From Squalus acanthias (Eukaryota), in the NCBI GenBank assembly GCA_030390025.1, contig JASTWF010000353.1, positions 124,001 through 188,000 of the forward strand: 64,000 nucleotides of DNA, read 5' to 3'. Shown here one piece after another: positions 13,109 to 25,500 of the stretch. A program made the position numbers and the translations under genes. Position 1 is the first letter of the stretch; the number at the start of each line of letters is the position of its first letter. Below the pieces are notes generated by a model. That model was not told where the DNA came from. It did no database searches and saw only the letters and a list, made by a program, of their open reading frames with translations.

Positions 13109-16100
13109 CACTCTCTGTATCAGCTGCTCAATCTCTGTATCTGCCCCTCACTCTCTGCATCTGCCCCTCACTCTCTGTATCTGCCCCTTGATCTCTGTAT
13201 CTGTCCCCTCAATCTCTGCATCTGCCGCTCGATCGCTGTATCTGCCCCTCGATCTCCCTGTATCTGCCCTTCGATCTCGCTGTATCTGCCCCTCACCCTC
13301 TGTATCTGCCCCTCGAACTCTGGCTCTTCCCCCCACTCTCTGTATCTGCCCCACACCTTCTGTATCTGCCCCTCGAAATCTGTCTCTGCCCCTCACTCTC
13401 TGTATCTACCCCTTGACCTCTCTGTATTTGCCCCTCGATCTCTCTGTATCTGCTCCTCGATCTCTCTGTATCTACCCCTCACTCTCAATATCTGCCCTCA
13501 ATCTCTCTGTATCTACCCCTCATTCTCTGTATCTGCCCCCTTAATCACTCTGTATCTGCCCCTCAGTCTCTGTATCTGCCCCTCGATCTCTGTATCTGCC
13601 CCTCACACTGTGTATGTGCCACTCACTCTCTGTATCTTCCCCTCGATCTTTGAATCTGCCCATCACTCTCCGTATCTGCCCCTCATTCTCTGTAACTGCC
13701 CCTCAATCTCTGTATCTGCCCCTCACTCTCTGCATCTGCCCCACGATCTCGCTGTATCTGCCCCTCACTCTCTGTATCTGCCCCTCACTCTCTGTATCTG
13801 CCCCTCACTCTCTGTATCTGTCCCTCGATCGCAGTAACTGCCACTCACTCTCTGTATCTCTCCCTCACTCTCTGTATCTGCCCCTCACTCTCTGTATCTG
13901 CCCCTCGATCTCTGTATCTGCCCCTCACACTCTGTATGTGCCACTCACTTTCTGTATCTGCCCCTCGATCTTTGTATCTGCCCATCACTCTCCGTATCTG
14001 CCCCTCATATTCTGTAACTGCCCCTCAATCTCTGTATCTGCCCCTCACTCTCTGCATCTGCCCCACGATCTCGCTGTATCTGCCCCTCGATCTCTGTATC
14101 TTCCCCACACACTCTGTATGTGCCACTCACTTTCTGTATCTGCCCCTCAATCTCTGTAACTGACCCTCACTCTCTGTATCTGACCCTCACTCTCTGTATC
14201 AGCCCCTCACTCTCTGTCTCTGCCTCTCACTCTCTGTATCTGCCCATAGATCTCCCTGTATCTGCACCTCACTCGCTTTACCTGTCCCTCGATCGCTGTA
14301 TCTGCCCTTCGATCTCTGTAGCTGCCACTGAATCTCTCTGTATCTGCCCCTCACATGCTGTATCGGCCCCTACTCTCTGTATCTGCCCCTCACATGCTGT
14401 ATCTGACCCTCACTCTCTGTATCTGCCCCTCACATGCTGTATCTGACCCTAACTCTCTGTATCTGCCGCTCAATCTCTGTATGTACCCTTCGATCTCTGT
14501 AGCTGGCCCTCGATCACTCTGTATCTGCCCCTCACTCGCTGTATCTGCCTTTTGATCTCTGTATCCGCCCCTGACACTCTGTATCTGCCCCTCACTCTCT
14601 GCCCCTCAATCTCTGTATCTCCCCTCACTCTCTGTATCTGCCCCTCACTCTCTTTATCTGCCCCCTCGATCTCTGTATCTGTCCCTCACTCTCTGTACCA
14701 GCCCCTCACTCGCTGTTCTGCACCTCAATCGCTGTATCTGCCCCTCGATCTCGGTATCTGTCCCCTCAATCTCTGTATCTTCCCTTCACTCTCTGTATCT
14801 GCGTCACTCTCTGTATCTGCCCCTCACTCTCTGTACCTGCCCCTCGATCTCCATATCCGCCCCTCACTCTCCGTATCCGCCCCTCACCCTCTGTATCTGC
14901 CCCTAGATCTCCATATCTGTTCCTCACTCTCCGTATCTGTCCCTCGCTCTCTTTGTATCTGCCCCCTCACTATCTGTATCAGCCCCTCATTCTCTGTATC
15001 TGCCCCTACTCTCTGTATCTGCCACTCACTCACTGCATCGGTCCCCTCGATCTCTGTATCTGTCCATCGATCTCTTTATCGGTCCCTCGATCTCTCTGTG
15101 TCTGCCCTCTCACTATCTTTATCTGATCCTCATTCTCTGTATCTGCCCATTGATCTCTGTATCTGACCCTGATTCTCTGTATATGCCCTTTGATCTCTGT
15201 ATCTGCCCGTCACTCTCTGTATCTGCCTCTCACTCTCTGTATCTGCCCCTACTCTCTGTATCTGCCCCTCACTCTCTGTATCTGCTCCTCGATCACTCTG
15301 TATCTGCCACTCACTCTCTGTATCTGCTCCTAGATCTCTCTGTATCTGCCCCTCACTCTCTGTATCTGCCCCTCGATCTATCTGTATCTGCCCCTCACTC
15401 TCTGTATCTGCCCCTCAATCTCTGTATGTACCCTTTAATCTCTATAGCTGCCCCTCGATCTCTGTATCTGCCCCTCGATCTTTGTATCTGCCCATCACTC
15501 TCCGTATCTGCCCCTCATTCTCTGTAACTGCCCCTCAATCTCTGTATCTGCCCCTCACTCTCTGCATCTGCCCCATGATCTCGCTGTATCTGCCCCTCAC
15601 TCTCCGTATCTGCCCCTCACTCTCTGTATCTGCCCCTCACTCTCTGTATCTGTCCCTCGATCTATCTGTATCTGCCCCTCACTCTCTGTATCTGCCCCTC
15701 AATCTCTGTATGTACCCTTTAATCTCTGTAGCTGCCACTCACTCTCTGTATCTGCCCCTCGATCTTTGTATCTGCCCATCACTCTCCGTATCTGCCCCTC
15801 ATTCTCTGTAACTGCCCCTCAATCTCTGTATCTTCCCCTCACTCTCTGCATCTGCCCCACGATCTCGCTGTATCTGCCCCTCACTCTCCGTATCTGCCCC
15901 TCACTCTCTGTATCTGCCCCTCACTCTCTGTATCTGTCCCTCGATCGCAGTAACTGCCCCTCGCTCTCTGTATCTCTCCCTCACTCTCTGTATCTGCCCC
16001 TCACTCTCTGTATCTGCCACTCGATCTCTGTATCTGCCCCTCACACTCTGTATGTGCCACTCACTCTCTGTATCTGCCCCTCGATCTTTGTATCTGCCCA

Positions 16101-19100
16101 TCACTCTCTGTATCTGCCCCCATTCTCTGTAACTGCCCCTCACTCTCTGTATCTGCCCCTCACTCTCTGTATCTGCCCCTCACTCTCTGTACCTGTCCCT
16201 CGATCGCATTAACTGCCCCTCGCTCTCTGTATCTCTCCCTCACTGTCTGTATCTGCCCCTCACTCTCTGCATCTGCCCCACGATCTCGCTGTATCTGCCC
16301 CTTACTCTCTGTATCTGCCCCTCACTCTCTGTATCTGACCCTCACTCTCTGTTTCTGCCCCTCAATCTCTGTAACTGATCCTCACTCTCTGTATCTGCCC
16401 CTCGCACTCTGTATCAGCCCCTCACTCTCTGTCTCTGCCCCTCACTCTCTGTATCTGCCCATAGATCTCCCTGTATCTGCACCTCACTCTCTTTACCTGT
16501 CCCTCGATCGCTGTATCTTCCCTTTGATCTCTGTAGCTGCCACTGAATCTCTCTGTAAATGCCCCTCACATGCTGTATCTGACCCTCACTCTCTGTATCT
16601 GCCCCTCACATGCTGTATCTGACCCTCACGCTCTGTATCTGCCCCTCACATGCTGTATCTGACCCTCACTCTCTGTATCTGCCCCTCAATCTCTGTATGT
16701 ACCCTTCAATCTCTGTAGCTGCCCCTCGATCACTCTGTATCTGCCCCTCACTCGCTGTATCTGCCTTTTGATCTCTGTATCCGCCCCTGACACTCTGTAT
16801 CTGCCCCTCACTCTCTGCCCCTCAATCTCTGTATCTCCCCTCACTCTCTGTATCTGCCCCTCACTCTCTTTATCTGCCCCTCGATCTCTGTACCTGCCCC
16901 CTCGATCTCTGTATCTGCCCCTCACTCTCTGTATCTGCCCCTCACTCTCTGTATCTGTCCCTCGATCGCAGTAACTGCCCCTCGCTCTCTGTATCTCTCC
17001 CTCACTCTCTGTATCTGCCCCTCACTCTCTGTATCTGCCCCTCGATCTCTGTATCTGCCCCTCACACTCTGTATGTGCCACTCACTCTCTGTATCTGCCC
17101 CTCGATCTTTGTATCTGCCCATCACTCTCCGTATCTGCCCCTCATTCTCTGTAACTGCCCCTCACTCTCTGTATCTGCCCCGCACTCTCTGTATCTGCCC
17201 CTCACTCTCTGTTTCTGCCCCTCAATCTCTGTAACTGACCCTCACTCTCTGTATCTGCCCCTCACTCTCTGTATCAGCCCCTCGCTCTCTGTCTCTGCCC
17301 CTCACTCTCTGTATCTGCCCATAGATCTCCCTGTATCTGCACCTCACTCTCTTTACCTGTCCCTCGATCGCTGTATCTTCCCTTTGATCTCTGTAGCTGC
17401 CACTCAATCTCTCTGTATCTGCCCCTCACATGCTGTATCTGACCCTCACTCTCTGTATCTGCTCCTCACATGCTGTATCTGACCCTCACTCTCTGTATCT
17501 GCCCCACATGCTGTATCTGACCCTCACTCTCTGTATCTGCCCCTCAATCTCTGTATGTACCCTTCGATCTCTGTAGCTGGCCCTCGATCACTCTGTATCT
17601 GCCCCTCACTCGCTGTATCTGCCTTTTGATCTCTGTATCCGCCCCTGACACTCTGTATCTGACCCTCACTCTCTGCCCCTCAATCTCTGTATCTCCCCTC
17701 ACTCTCTGTATCTGCCCCTCACTCTCTTTATCTGCCCCTCGATCTCTGTACCTGCCCCCTCGATCTCTGTATCTGCCCCTCACTCTCTGTACCAGCCCCT
17801 CACTCGCTGTTCTGCCCCTCGATCGCTGTATCTGCCCCTCGATCTCGGTATCTGTCCCCTCAATCTCTGTATCTGCCCTTCACTCTCTGTATCTGCGTCA
17901 CTCTCTGTATCTGCCCCTCACTCTCTGTACCTGCCCCTCGATCTCCATATCCGCCCCTCACTCTCCGTATCCGCCCCTCACCCTCTGTATCTGCCCCTAG
18001 ATCTCCATATCTGTTCCTCACTCTCCGTATCTGTCCCTCGCTCTCTTTGTATCTGCCCCCTCACTATCTGTATCAGCCCCTCATTCTCTGTATCTGCCCC
18101 TACTCTCTGTATCTGCCCCTCACTCACTGCATCGGTCCCCTCGATCTCTGTATCTGTCCATCGATCTCTTTATCGGTCCCTCGATCTCTCTGCGTCTGCC
18201 CTCTCACTATCTGTATCTGATCCTCATTCTCTGTATCTGCCCATTGATCTCTGTATCTGACCCTGATTCTCTGTATATGCTCTTTGATCTCTGTATCTGC
18301 CCGTCACTCTCTGTATCTGCCTCTCACTCTCTGTATCTGCCCCTCCTCTCAGTATCTGCCCCTCACTCTCTGTATCTGCTCCTCGATCACTCTGTATCTG
18401 CCACTCACTCTCTGTATCTGCTCCTAGATCTCTCTGTATCTGCCCCTCACTCTCTGTATCTGCCCCTCAATCTCTGTATGTACCCTTTAATCTCTGTAGC
18501 TGCCCCTCGATCTCTCTGTATCTGCCCCTCACTCGCTGTATCTGCCTTTTGATCTCTGTATCCGCCACTGACTCTCTGTATCTGCCCCTCACTCTCTGCC
18601 CCTCAATCTCTGTATCTCCCCTCACTCTCTGTATCTGCCCCTCACTCTCTGTATCTGCCCCTCGATCTCTGTACCTGCCCCCTCGATCTCTGTATCTGCC
18701 CCTCACTCTCTGTACCAGCCCCTCACTCGCTGTTCTGCCCCTCGATCGCTGTATCTGCCCCTCGATCTCGGTATCTGTCCCCTCAATCTCTGTATCTGCC
18801 CTTCACTCTCTGTATCTGCCTCACTCTCTGTGTCTGCCCCTCACCCTCTGTACCTGCCCCTAGATCTCTATATCTGTTCCTCACTCTCCGTATCTGTCCC
18901 TCGCTCTTTTTGTATCTGCCCCCTCACTATCTGTATCAGCCCCTCATTCTCTGTATCAGCCCCTACTCTCTGTATCTGCCCCTCACTCACTGCATCGGTC
19001 CCCTCGATCTCTGTATCTGTCCATCGATCTCTTTATCGGTCCCTCGATCTCTCTGTGTCTGCCCTCTCACTATCTGTATCTGATCCTCATTCTCTGTATC

Positions 19101-19580
19101 TGCCCATTGATCTCTGTATCTGACCCTGATTCTCTGTATATGCCCCATTATCTCTGTATCTGCCTCTCACTCTCTGTATCTGCCCCTCCTCTCTGTATCT
19201 GCCCCTCACTCTCTGTATCTGCTCCTTGATCACTCTGTATCTGCCACTCACTCTCTGTATCTGCTCCTAGATCTCTCTGTATCTGCCCCTCACTCTCTGT
19301 ATCTGCCCCTCGATCTATATGTATCTGCCCCTCACTCTCTGTATCTGCCCCTCACTCTCTGTATCTGTCCCTCGATCTATATGTATCTGCCCCTACTCAC
19401 AGTATCTGCCCCTCACTCTCTGTATCTGCAACTCAATCTCTCTGTATCTGCCCCTCACTCTCTGTATTTGTCCCTCACTCTCTGTATCTGCCCCTCACTA
19501 TCTGTATCTGCCCCCTCTGTCTCTATCTGCCTGTCACTCTCTGTATGTGCTCCTCGATCTCTCTGTATCTGACCCTCACT
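13109..19580 (+). repeat. Array A sub-domain 2: more diverged monomers with a different variant set and its own duplications
   Basis: New variants appear here: CACATGCTG, TGTATGTACCCTT, TATCCGCCCC, GCATCGGTCCCC and TATCAGCCCC. One cassette recurs at ~14552, 16768, 17626 and 18549. ~14550-15400 recurs near 17630-18490. Smaller duplications have offsets of ~322 (13614/13936) and 284 (15482/15766). Confidence 0.85.
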
Positions 19581-22500
19581 CACAGACTGTGAGGTACTGC
19601 GACAGACTGTGAGGTACCGGGTACAGTCTGTCAGGTACTGGGACAGACTGTGAGGTAAAGGGACAGACTGTGAGATACTGGGACAGACTGTGAGGTACTG
19701 GGACAGACTGTGAGATACTGGGACAGACTGTGAGAAACTGGGACAGACTGTGAGATACTAGGACAGACTGTAAGATACTGGGACAGACTGTGCGGTACTG
19801 GGGACAGACTGTGAGATACTGGGGACAGACTGTGAGATACTGGGACAGACTGTGAGATACTGGGACAGACTGTGAGGTAATGGGACAGACAGTGAGATAC
19901 TGGGACAGACTGTGAGATACTGGGACAGACTGTGAGGTACTGGGACAGACTGTGAGATACTGGGACAGACTGTAAGGTACTGGGACAGACTGTGAGGAAC
20001 TGGGACAGACTGTGCGGTACTGGGGACAGACTGTGAGATACTGGGACAGACTGAGATACTGGGACAGACTGTGAGATACAGGGACAGATTGTGAGATACT
20101 GGGGACAGACTGTGAGGTACTGGTTACAGCCTGTGAGGTACTGGGACAGACTGTGAGATACTGGGACAGACTGTGAGGTAATGGGACAGACAGTGAGATA
20201 CTGGGACAGACTGTGAGATACTGGGACACACTGTGAGATACTGGGACAGACTGTGAGGTATTGGGAGTGAATGTGAGATACTGGGACAGACTGTGAGATA
20301 TTGGGACAGACTGTGAGATTCTGGGGACAGACTGTGAGATACTGGGACAGACTGTGAGATACTGGTTGCAGACTGTGTGATACTGGGGACAGACTGTGAG
20401 ATACTGGGGACAGACTGTGAGGTACTGGGACAGACTGTGAGATACTGGGACAGACTGTGAGATACTGGGGACAGACTGTGAGATACTGGTTACAGACTGT
20501 GAGGTACTGGGTCAGACTGTGAGATACTGGGACAGACTGTGAGATACAGGGGACAGACTGTGAGATACTGGTTACAGACTGTGAGGTACTGGGACAGACT
20601 GTGAGATACTGGGACAGACTGTGAGATACAGGGGACAGACTGTGAGATACTGGGACAGACTGTGAGATACAGGGGACAGACTGTGAGATACTGGTTACAG
20701 ACTGTGAGGTACTGGGACAGACTGTGAGATACTGGGACAGACTGTGAGATACTGGGACAGACTGTGAGATACTGGGGACAGACTGTGAGATACTGGGACA
20801 GACTGTGAGATACTGGGACAGACTGAGGTATTGTGACAGACTGTGAGATACTGGGACAAATTGTGAGATACTGGGACAGACTGTGAGAGACTGGGGACCG
20901 ACTGTGAGATACTGGGGACAGACTGTGAGTTGCTGAGGACAGACTGTGAGATACTGGGACAGGTTGTGAGATACTGGGACAGACTGTGAGGTATTGGGAC
21001 AGACTGTGAGATACTGAGACAGACTGTGAGATACTGGGACAGACTGTGAGATACTGGGACAGGCTGTGAGATACTGGGACAGACTGTGAGATACTGTGAC
21101 AGCCTGTGAGATACTGGGACAGACTGTGAGGTATTGGGACAGTCCGTGAGATACGGGGACAGACTGTGAGATACTGGGGACAGACTGTGAGATATTGGGA
21201 CAGACTGTGAGGTACTGGGGACAGGCTGTGAGATACTGGGACAGACTGTGAGATACTGGGGACAGACTGTGAGATACTGGGACAGACTGTGAGATACTGG
21301 GACACATTGTGAGATACTGGGACAGACTGTGAGATACTGGAGACAGACTGTGAGATACTGGGACAGACTGTGAGATACTGGGACAGACTGTGAGATACTG
21401 GGACAGACTGTGAGATACTGGGACAGACTGTGAGGTATTGGGAGTGAATGTGAGAAACTGGGACAGACTGTGAGATACTGGGACAGACTGTGAGATACTT
21501 TGACAGACTGTGAGATACTTTGACAGACTGTGAGACACTGAGGACAGACTGTGAGATACTGGGACAGACTGTGAGATACTGGGACAGACTGTGAGGTACT
21601 GGGGACAGACTGTGAGATACTGGGACAGACTGTGAGACGACTGGGACAGACTGTGAGATACTGGGACACATTGTGAGGTACTGGGAAAGACTGTGAGATA
21701 CTGGGACAGACTGTGAGATACTGGGACAGACTGTGAGATACTGGGACAGACTGTAAGGTACTGGGACAGACTATGAGATAATGGGACAGACTGTGAGATA
21801 CCAGGACAGACTGTGAGATACTGAGACAGACTGTGAGATACTGGGACTGACTACGAGACAATGGGACAGACTGTGAGATACTGGGACAGACTGTGAGGTA
21901 CTGGGACAGACTGTGAGATACTGGGGACAGGCTGTGAGATACTGGGACAGACTGTGAGATACTGGGACAGAATGTGAGATACTGGGACAGACTGTGAGAT
22001 ACTGGGGACAGACTGTGAGGTATTGGGACAGACTGTGAGATACTGGGACAGAATGTGAGATACTGGGACAGACTGTGAGATACTGGGACAGAATGTGAGA
22101 TACTGGGGACAGACTGTGAGATCCTGGGACAGACTGTGAGATACTGGGACAGACTGTGAGATACTGGGACAGACTGTGAGATACCTTGACAGACTGTGAG
22201 ATACTTTGACAAACTGTGAGATAGTTTGACAGACTGTGAGACACTGGGGACAGACTGTGAGATACTGGGACAGACTGTGAGATACTGGGACAGACTGTGA
22301 GATACTTTGACAGACTGTGAGACACTGGGGACAGACTGTGAGATACTGGGACAGACTGTGAGATACTGGGACAGACTGTGAGATACAGGGATAGACTGTG
22401 AGATACTTTGACAGACTGTGAGACACTGGTGACAGACTGTGAGATACTGGGACAGACTGTGAGATACTGGGACAGACTGTGAGATACTTTGACAGACTGT

Positions 22501-25500
22501 GAGACACTGGGGACAGACTGTGAGATAATGGGACAGACTGTGAGGTACTGGGACAGACTGTGAGATACTGGGACAGACTGTGAGAAACTGGGGGCAGACT
22601 GTGAGATACTGGGACAGACTGTGAGATACTGGGACAGACTATGAGATACTGGGACAGACTGTGAGATACTGGGACAGACTGTGAGATACTGGGACAGACT
22701 GTGAGATACTGGGACAGACTGTGAGGTACTGGGACAGACTATGAGATAATGGGACAGACTGTGAGATACCAGGACAGACTGTGAGATACTGAGACAGTCT
22801 GTGAGATACAGGGACAGACTATGAGATAATGGGACAGACTGTGAGATACTGGGACAGACTGTGAGATACTGGGACAGACTGTGAGGTACTGGGACAAACT
22901 GTGAGATACTGGGGACAGGCTGTGAGATACTGGGACAGACTGTGAGATACTGGGACAGAATGTGAGATACTGGGACAGACTGTGAGATACTGGGGACAGA
23001 CTGTGAGGTATTGGGACAGACTGTGAGATACTGGGACAGACTGTGAGGTACTGGGACAGACTATGAGATAATGGGACAGACTGTGAGATACCAGGACAGA
23101 CTGTGAGATACTGAGACAGACTGTGAGATACTGGGACTGACTATGAGATAATGGGACAGACTGTGAGATACTGGGACAGACTGTGAGATACTGGGACAGA
23201 CTGTGAGGTACTGGGACAGACTGTGAGATACTGGGGACAGGCTGTGAGATACTGGGACAGACTGTGAGATACTGGGACAGATTGTGAGATACTGGGACAG
23301 ACTGTGAGATACTGGGACAGAATGTGAGATACTGAGGACAGACTGTGAGATACTGGGACAGACTGAGATACCGGGACAGACTGTGAGACACTGGGGACAG
23401 ACTGTGAGAAACTGGGGACAGACTGTGAGATACTGGGACAGACTGAGATACCGGGACAGACTGTGAGATACTGGGCAGACTGTGAGATACTTTGACAGAC
23501 TGTGAGATACTGGGACAGACTGTGAGATACTGGGACAGACTGTGAGATACTTGGACAGACTGTGAGATACTGGGACAGACTGTGAGATACTGGGACAGAC
23601 TGTGAGGTACTGGGACAGACTATGAGATAATGGGACAGACTGTGAGATACCAGGACAGACTGTGAGATACTGAGACAGACTGTGAGATACTGGGACTGAC
23701 TATGAGATAATGGGACAGACTGTGAGATACTGGGACAGACTGTGAGATACTGGGACAGACTGTGAGGTACTGGGACAGACTGTGAGATACTGGGGACAGA
23801 CTTTGAGGTATTGGGACAGACTTTGAGATACTGGGACAGAATGTGAGATACTGGGACAGACTGTGAGATACTGGGACAGAATGTGAGATACTGGGGACAG
23901 ACTGTGAGATACTGGGACAGACTGTGAGATACTGGGACAGACTGTGAGATACTGGGACAGACTGTGAGATACCTTGACAGACTGTGAGATACTTTGACAG
24001 ACTGTGAGATACTTTGACAGACTGTGAGACACTGGGGACAGACTGTGAGATACTGGGACAGACTGTGAGATACTGGGACAGACTGTGAGCTACTTTGACA
24101 GACTGTGAGACACTGGGGACAGACTGTGAGATACTGGGACAGACTGTGAGATACTGGGACAGACTGTGAGATACTTTGACAGACTGTGAGACACTGGGGA
24201 CAGACTGTGAGATACTGGGACAGACTGTGAGATACTGGGACAGACTGTGAGATACTGGGACACATTGTGAGGTACTGGGACAGACTGTGAGATACTGGGA
24301 CAGACTGTGAGGTACTGGGACAGACTGTGAGATACTGGGGACAGGCTGTGTGATACTGGGACAGACTGTGAGATACTGGGACAGAATGTGAGATACTGGG
24401 ACAGACTGTGAGATACTGGGGACAGACTGTGAGGTATTTGGACAGACTGTGAGATACTGGGACAGACTGTGAGATACTGGGACAGAATGTGAGATACTGG
24501 GGACAGACTGTGAGAAACTGGGACAGACTGTGAGATACTGGGACAGAATGTGAGATACTGGGGACAGACTGTGAGAAACTGGGACAGACTGTGAGATACT
24601 GGGACAGACTGTGAGGTATTGTGACATAATTTGAGATACTGGGGATAGACTGTGAGATACTGGGACAGACTGTGAGATACTGGGACAGACTGTGAGATAC
24701 AGGGAAAGACTGTGAGATACTGGGACAGACTGTGAGGGACTGGGACAGACTGGGGGATACTGGGACAGACTGTGAGATACTGGGACAGACTGAGATACTG
24801 GGACAGACTGTGAGATACAGGGACAGATTGTGAGATACTGGGGACAGACTGTGAGGTACTGGTTACAGACTGTGAGGTACTGGGACAGACTGTGAAATAC
24901 TGGGACAGACTGTGAGATACTGGGACAGACTGTGAGATTCTGGGGACAGACTGTGAGATACTGGGACAGACTGTGAGATACTGGGACAGACTATGAGATA
25001 CTGGGACAGACTGTGAGATACTGGGACAGACTGTGAGATACTGGGGACAGACAGTGAGATAATGGGACAGACTGTGAGATACTGGGACAGACTGTGAGAT
25101 ACTGGGACACATTGTGAGGTACTGGGAAAGACTGTGAGATACTGGGACAGACTGTGAGATACTGGGACAGACTGTGAGATACTGGGACAGACTGTGAGAT
25201 ACTGGGACAGACTGTGAGGTACTGGGACAGACTATGAGATAATGGGACAGACTGTGAGATACCAGGACAGACTGTGAGATACTGAGACAGACTCTGAGAT
25301 ACTGGGACAGACTGTGAGATACTGGGACAGACTGTGAGATACCTTGACAGACTGTGAGATACTTTGACAGACTGTGAGATACTTTGACAGACTGTGAGAC
25401 ACTGGGGACAGACTGTGAGATACTGGGACAGACTGTGAGATACTGGGACAGACTGTGAGCTACTTTGACAGACTGTGAGACACTGGGGACAGACTGTGAG

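Larger units (their letters stand above)
1..19580 (+). repeat. Satellite/minisatellite array A: 20-bp monomer TCTGTATCTGCCCCTCACTC / TCTGTATCTGCCCCTCGATC, degenerate, roughly 970 units, runs off the left edge
   Basis: Direct reading shows a 20-bp period (e.g. 261-330). Two main monomer types are interspersed (CACTC and CGATC), with 19-, 21- and 22-bp length variants. The CACTC consensus is 16/20 pyrimidine on +. Unit count is estimated as length/20. Confidence 0.98.

Noticed and set aside
35..19612. Dozens of 60-412 aa ORFs on both strands of array A (SLSVSAPHSLYLPL..., RGRYRERGADTESEGQIQ...)
   Set aside because: They are direct translations of the 20-bp repeat in overlapping frames, mostly from TTG/GTG starts. 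They show no domain or codon structure and are broken by frequent indels and stops.
20261..21455. Odd unit GGGAGTGAATGTGAG at ~20263 and ~21440 as a possible foreign insertion
   Set aside because: It keeps the 20-bp register and flanks, so it is a multiply substituted B monomer copied by local duplication, not an insertion.
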